Translations under genes and position numbers: made by a program | In this document: one piece after another, positions 36,727 to 42,961 of the stretch | Numbering within the stretch: the stretch's first letter is position 1 | Layout: every line of letters starts with the position of its first letter | Notes under the pieces: model-generated | The model's input: the letters and a program-made list of their open reading frames with translations, nothing else | Told to the model about the DNA's origin: nothing | The model's database searches: none | Source of the DNA: Octopus sinensis | Lineage: Eukaryota | Assembly: GCF_006345805.1 (NCBI RefSeq) | Contig: NW_021835186.1 | Span: 1-42,961, forward strand | Reading direction: 5' to 3' | DNA length: 42,961 nt

Positions 36727-37270
36727 ATATATACAAAATATGTACTAAATATAATAAATTTTTCAATTATAAAATTTATACAATATTCATATGAATTATA
36801 CAATATTCATAGGTCGCGTTTCCACTACGACTTAAAACGGTTAGACTCCAACAGAAATCGTTCGGAAATTGCTATTTGAACGGAAATTTTGTTTTCACTA
36901 TAAAACACATATCGATAGGTTTGTATCATCCCCTTCACACCCAACTACACTCTAACTGGAAAATATAGAATACCGCATAAGTAATATAAACATCCCAAAT
37001 TCAGTGGTGGCGTTAATGAAGACGTTACATGCTAATTTATTGTTATTTATATGTTATTTAATGTGTAATGTGTAAACTATCTTTATTAATGTATATCGAA
37101 TTATACATAAATACATACAAATTTACACAGATATAAGAGTTATAACTTGTGGTCCGCTCGCGGACTTTTTCACTGGAAATTTTTGCCCGCCGCACTAAAA
37201 AGTTTCTCCTACCCTTGGTTTAGATCAAGAGGGCCACGCAAGCAAAATAGTAAGTTGGGGAGCCGTAGCT

Positions 37271-37600
37271 CTTTATTCTTCTTCTCCTCTCTCTTTTCCT
37301 TCTCGAGCCACGCCTGGCTCATTAGGGCCGGTTTCTCGGTTTCCTTGGCTTATAGGTTCCCCACCTGGGACAGAACGCCGGTCCGTCGCAGGTGAGCTGC
37401 AAGATGCAGGAGGAAAGAGTGAGAGAAAGTTGCGATGAAAGACTCAGCAGAAGTTCGCCATTACCTTCTGCTGGAGCCGCGTGGAGCTTAGGTGTTTCAT
37501 TCATAAACACATAAACACACATCGCCCGGTTTGAGATTTGAACCCGCGATACCTCGACCGCGAATCCGCTGCTCTAACCACTAGGCCATGTGCCTCCACA
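37271..37600 (-). mobile_element. tRNA-derived SINE (OR1-like head, tail T2)
   Basis: Minus strand TGTGGAGGCACATGGCCTAGTGG..GGTTCAAATC..ACACCTAAGCTCCACG..CCTGCGACGGACCGGCG..CCGGCCCTAATGAGCC..GGCTCGAGAAGG. Confidence 0.85.
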
Positions 37601-38119
37601 GTTCTATATTAAAGGTCCATAAAAAATGTTTGCTTAAAATGTATTTATTGCAAGAAACAGCTAGGTTTATTTCTCAAATGTTTGCGTACGTAGTTCAGTC
37701 TACACAAGTAAATGTGTGATGAACAAAATAGGAAAGAAGTATATATAAAATTAGTTTTTAAACATCAAATGGCATGGGGTCCACCAGAATAAAAGAGTAA
37801 TCAAAGGATCCATAGATTAAAGAAAAAAAATGGCTGAGAACCGTTGATTTAGATCAACTGGTGGCCAAACTACTGCTCACTAGTGCCATGCAGAACTTAA
37901 GTTTTATATATGTAGATATTTGAGCTTTAATGCTATTTAAAAAAAAAAAAAGAAAAAGAAAACCTACTTTTAAACATATAACCTACCATTTGAATTTTAA
38001 AGTATTAACTGCAATAAAAGAAAAAGCTTCAACAAACAGAAATTAATCTATTTTAACGCCTCGGTATATTTTATTGGTGGATAAACGAAGACGAGGATCC
38101 CACAATTTTTTGTTGAATA

Positions 38120-38762
38120 CCCTGCAGAGATAATTTGTTTTATAGTGATTGAATGTATGTGCTTACAGCTACAAGTTAGCTCACGCGCTCCATAAAATCA
38201 ACATGCCTGATCAGGTGCACGTTGTACCACACACGTCAGGTGTCAAAGTGATCGCAGAGCAAAGTGAGATGAAGTGTTTTGCTCAAGAACACAACACAAG
38301 CCGGGTGGTTGGTTGTTTGGCACTCCGTCGGTTACGACGACGAGGGTTCCACTTGATCCGATCAACGGGACAGCCTGCTCGTGAAATTAACGTTCAAGTG
38401 CCTGAGCGCTCCACAGACACGTGTACCCTTAACGTAGTTCTCGGGGGAGATTCAGCGTGACACAGACTATGACAAGGCTGGCCCGTTGAAATACAGGTAC
38501 AACAGAAACAGAAAGAAAGAGTAAGAGAAAGTTGTGGTGAAAGAGTACAGCAGGGTTCACCACCACCCCCTGCCGGAGCCTCGTGGAACTTTAGGTGTTT
38601 TCGCTTAATAAACACTCACAACGCCCGGTCTGGGAATCGAAACCGCGATCCTAAGACCGCGAGTCCGCTGCCCTAATCACTGGGCCATTGCGCCTCCACA
38701 CAAGCCGGGTGCCAGAATGGAAACCACGATCTTACGAGCAACACCCTAACAATTAGCCCACA
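38120..38762 (-). mobile_element. Host SINE (OR2-like head and core, tail T4) interrupted by 38308-38700
   Basis: GTGATCGCAGAGCAA..GAAGTGTTTTGCTCAAGAACACAAC on the left; AACCACGATC..CACCCTAAC..CCTTCAC on the right. Confidence 0.8.
38308..38700 (-). mobile_element. tRNA-derived SINE (OR1-like head, tail T1) nested in another SINE
   Basis: TSD CAAGCCGGGTG at 38297-38307 and 38701-38711 (extendable to 14 bp). The 3' half is homologous to ~3140-3316. Confidence 0.92.
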
Positions 38763-39269
38763 CACCTTCACGAGAGTTAATTTATTAATATGATTATAAA
38801 AGTATATGCGATAGCTCTTTAACACAGAAAATACCAAAAAAAATCATTGATCTAATCCGACAATTTGGCTGTCCTTAGTTTGGATCATTGGGTTCACGAA
38901 TGGTGCATTGCAAGGAAATATCTGTGCAGTGGAATTTTAGAAAAACTAGCATCTTGAAAAACGTGTTATTCAGGATTTAGTTAATTCTACACAAGTAAAA
39001 TTAATAAAAACCAAGCAAACAATTGTATGCTATATTTTTTCTAAAATCTTGACCTTAAAAAATAATTTATGGTTGCTTTTTCATCAAATTTTCATATGAA
39101 ATATTACAGCAATTTTTTAAAAAATTGATTGCTAGTGTGCAATGAGGTAAAAAAAAGAATGAACTGCAGGTTTACTTAGAGACTAGTAAAAGAAAAGAAA
39201 AAAAAAGGGCCAAACTCGCTCATTTTCAATTCTGTTTTTGAACCTAATTTCAACCGATGGTCATGAGTT

Positions 39270-39680
39270 TTGAGTAAAAGAATACGATCGCGAATACAAG
39301 CAGTCGAAGTTCGATTCCACCGAAAAATCTTTCGGGAAACGTTACTCGACAGAGTGCATAACTTATATATCAAGGAGACTCTCCAGGTCGAGCAGCTTCT
39401 TCTTCGCACTGAGAGGTCACAGCTCTGGTGCTATGAATATGTAATTAGAGTGACACAGAAACGGATCGCGAAACAGAGTCTTCAAGCCAAGCTAACCGGC
39501 ATGAGATTGAGTAGACCAAAAATGTGATGGTTGGATAACATCCATAGTCTCATTTGGAAAGCTGCTTCCGATAGAACCCTATGGAGGGGTTATCTGTGAA
39601 CTCCATTCCCACTATCCTCCCAGGAATAATGGGCAGCGAAGATGGATGGATGGAAGGGCAGACGGATGGACTGACTTCCA
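39270..39680 (+). pseudogene. RTE-clade LINE 3' end (Rex3/Expander-like) with (GATG)n tail
   Basis: RIRSRIQAVEVRFHRKIFRETLLDRVHNLYIKETLQVEQLLLRTERSQLW...WLDNIHSL matches Rex3-type VEPLLLHIERSQLRW; followed by GAAGATGGATGGATGG. Confidence 0.82.
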
Positions 39681-39728
39681 GTGTGCCACAAAATTAAGAA
39701 GAATGAGAACCAAGGGTTTATGAGAGAC

Positions 39729-39897
39729 TACTCTTTTACTTGTTTCAGTCATTTGACTGCGGCCATGCTGGAGCACCGCCTTTAGTCGAGCAAATCGACC
39801 TCGGGACTTATTCTTTGTAAGCCTATTACTTATTCTATCGGTCCCTTTAGCCGAACCGCTAAGTTACGGGGATGTAAACACACCAGCATCGGTTGTC
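39729..39897 (-). mobile_element. OK-like SINE 3' half, low divergence
   Basis: Near-exact reverse complement of 23530-23695. Confidence 0.92.
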
Positions 39898-40410
39898 TTA
39901 CGTATAAATTAGTATAGAGTTACATATTAATTAGACATTTATTTGGAGGTGGCTCGCTAGTTCTGCAAATTTTAATGTTTGAAAAACTCCATAAAAACTA
40001 TATACTATCTTATTACCAAAACACAAACAAGCTATAATTTCAGAGTAATTGAAAACAAAAAGAAAAATGTAGCAACACTCGGAGATGAGAAAGCCAACAT
40101 TGCACGCGAAATTCTACAGCACCCAACTACTTTTTTTTGTGTGTGATTTGGATTGAGTATTCCAATGCAAAAGCACTGTATGTTACTCTAAAATTCAGGG
40201 TGTCACACACCGCCATTCTACATTGAAATATTTGCTTCACTTTCATCTGTACTTAATGTCGGTCCTAAATTAATTAAACACAGGAGAAATAAATTGAAGC
40301 TACGACAAACACGTGAAAGACTATGTTTTTGGTTCGTAAAGTATTTCCTCTTTCGTATACAATAAACTTTCTATTCTTGATTTTGTCCAACATTTTTTTA
40401 ATATATGATA

Positions 40411-40659
40411 CTGAATTGTCAGATAAAAGCATTTGTTCCCCCTTTCTTCTTTATCTTAATCCTTCTAACGTTATTTGAATTAAAACGAAAAATATTTTTA
40501 CGGTAGTATTTTATGGCATTTTGTAGTTCTATTTCTTTCCTCAACTAACTTTTGTTCATCGCTTTTGAATTAGAATAATTTTACCACTTTTCTGACATAC
40601 GAAGACAGAGTGCTAGGTAGGGAGGGGGAATAAACGAAGGGATTTATCTGACAGCCCGA
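40411..40659. mobile_element. Diverged Tc1/mariner MITE (family of 25145-25369)
   Basis: Ends TA-CTGAATTGTCAGATAAA ... TTTATCTGACAGCCCGA-TA; internal segment shared with 25210-25300. Confidence 0.65.
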
Positions 40660-40708
40660 TAAAATAAATACCATCCTTAATATAAACATTATTCTATGAC
40701 TCATGGTG

Positions 40709-40744
<36 letters not shown>

Positions 40745-40796
40745 TAGATACATATTTTTGCGGCGTAACGTACACCTTCCCTTATATGTGTGTGTG

Positions 40797-40836
<40 letters not shown>

Positions 40837-41579
40837 CATACATATATATATATATATTAGTGGGGGCAAATAATTATACCAGCTCCATAACAAACCATTC
40901 GCTGAGCCTATTTGTATTAAAATAAGCAAGCAGCCAGAATCAACATGCGCGCGCAGGGGTCAAAGTATTGAAGCCATGATATTTCCAGCAAAAATGTTGA
41001 ACCAATTTTTACTACCACCCACTTTAAGGATTCCTGCTGCAAACACTGGCTACAAAGTATGATATTCTTGAGTCCAGGCAAGAATGCATCACTAGCTGCT
41101 TTTCAGAGGTTTAATATGAGAGTTGCTTAAAAATCACTTATCTTTTACACACGCACACAATCTTTTATTTTATTTTAGTCGAATCAGTCTTTTGCTACCC
41201 TGGGTTTCGCACAGGATCTTCAGGCAAGAAAGGAATCGTAAATACCTCATGGTGTTCGTTCTGACTAAGCTGAAATTCCGCGAAGGTCAACTTTGCCTTT
41301 TTGGGGATTGAATAGAAAAGAACCAATCCAGGGTGGAGGATTGGCAGAAGTATGTGAGGATCAGGCAACAACATGCCTTGTGGTATTCCGTTCCCGCTCA
41401 AATCTGTAAGCCTTTCACAATGAATAGATAGATATATATAAGTGGATGTGAAGAGGCGAGACTTACATGCAAGGCTAACTACGAGTCATCCTTAAAAAAA
41501 GAGAACAAAAATAATGCAGGTGTAGTAGACCTAATTTAAACAGAGATAAATATAATATAATAAAGTGATAAATATAAAT

Positions 41580-42090
41580 ATAGGCGCAGTTGTGGCGGTG
41601 TTTTGCCTCCCAAGAACATGGTTTGGGACTTAGTCCCACGTAGTGGGACCTAAGACAAGCGTCTTGTACAATAAGTCCAGGCAGCCCAAAGCCTTGTGTG
41701 TGCATTTAGTAGACAGAAATGTCCTCCAAATCCACACACAAAGCTTTATACATATATATATATATATATACACTCATATATGTTTGTATGTGTGTGTATA
41801 CATACACACACATATATGTATGTATGTATACACACAAATACAAACATATGAGTGTGTGGATTTGGAGGACATTTTTGTCCACTAAATGTGTGTGAACGTC
41901 CCCCACGACCACTTGACAATCGATATTGATTTGTTTACATTCCCTAACTTGACAGTTCACCATAAATGTCTGATAAAGTAAGTAGCAACATTTTCTTTAA
42001 AAATTAAATGGTGGGGTCGATTTGTTCGACTAAAACCCTCCAAGCTTGGTCGAAGTCCAGTAAGTGAAAGAAATAAAAAATAAAAGATAG
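41580..42090 (+). mobile_element. Diverged OK-like SINE containing an internal fold-back (41703-41888)
   Basis: Head GCAGTTGTGG..CATGGTTTGGGACTTAGTCCCA, AAAGCCTTGTG, tail GGGGTCGATTTGTTCGACTAAAACCC. Confidence 0.75.
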
Positions 42091-42380
42091 TAAATTTATT
42101 GAAAACCAGATTGCATAATAAGATTTGAAACTACTTAAGTTCGTAAACTGTTTAAAATTCATCAAGACTTTAACAGAGTAGAACTCTACATTAACTTAAA
42201 ATAACTTATATATTTTAAATATGCCATTAAAAACATGGGCGGGGGGGGGGGGAATAAATTTGTGCAAAAAACTTATTACAAAAACTAAAGCATATTTTTT
42301 TCTGTCCACTAGTATTTACATTGCTTTTCATTAATTGAAATGAAATGAAGCTAAACTTAATTTTTATATCACTGTCTATA

Positions 42381-42948
42381 AATTTCAAAATTTTGGCACA
42401 AGGCCCGCAATTTCGGGGGAAAGGGGGCTAGTCGATTACACCGACTCAAATGCCTAACTGGTACTTATTTTATCGACCCAAAAAGGATGAAAAGCAAAGT
42501 CGATCCCGGCGGAATTTGTAATCAGAACCTAAAAAAGACGGACGAAATAGCTATTTCTTTACTGCCCACAAGAGGCTAAACACAGAGAGGACAAACAAAC
42601 GGATTAAGTCGATTATATCGACCCCAGTAACTGGTACTTATTTAATCGACTCCGAAAGGATGAAAGGCAAAGTCGACCTCGGCGGAATTTGAACTCAGAA
42701 CATAGCGGCAGACGAAATACCAATGTCTTTACTACCCACAGGGGGCTAAACACAGAGAGGACAAACAAGGACAGACAAACGGATTAAGTCGATTAAGGAC
42801 AGACAAACGGATTAAGTACTTAATTTATCGACCCGTAAAGTATGAAAGACAAAGTCGACCTCGGCGGAATTTGAACTCAGAACGTAACGGCAGACGAAAT
42901 ACTGTTAAGCATTTTGCCCAACGTGCCAACCGATTCTAATTGCTCGCC
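42381..42948 (-). mobile_element. Head-to-tail trimer of Nin-domain-like SINE units
   Basis: Units 42381-42550, 42551-42720 and 42721-42902 each contain ATCGAC..CGAAAGGATGAAAG..AAAGTCGA.C.CGGCGGAATTTG and end at GACGAAATA. A single head lies at 42903-42948. Confidence 0.88.
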
Positions 42949-42961
42949 GGCGTCTAATTTT

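Noticed and set aside
42381-42948. CRISPR-like regular repeats
   Set aside because: Units are ~170 bp, homologous along their whole length, with no unique spacers and no cas genes, in a eukaryotic context.

Overview
AT-rich eukaryotic non-coding DNA (intronic or intergenic), most likely from an octopus (Octopus sp.). This assignment is inferred from dense tRNA-derived SINE families resembling the octopus OK, OR1/OR2 and Nin-domain types; the family names are provisional. I found no convincing host protein-coding exon, true tRNA/rRNA gene or CRISPR array. Nearly all ORFs in the supplied track are microsatellite or repeat artefacts. Real coding remnants are all transposon-derived: two mariner transposase pieces, two Rex3/Expander-like RTE 3' ends, a HERO-like restriction-endonuclease C-terminus and possibly an L1/Tx1 zinc knuckle. 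The window also holds Tc1/mariner and piggyBac-type MITEs, a Helitron and a Helentron-type (HINE) non-autonomous element, a long-TIR MITE carrying octamer motifs, and a 2.4-kb TA/TACA array with an ~890-bp higher-order duplication. The two best non-TE-catalogue leads are (1) a textbook-looking recursive-splice (ratchet) site on the minus strand at 13225-13247 (T14-CAG|GTAAGT, with a second donor 29 nt downstream) and (2) a dispersed set of minimal hammerhead-ribozyme-like motifs in Penelope-like repeats, most of them next to (TA)n tracts. All calls were made by eye, with no database searches.
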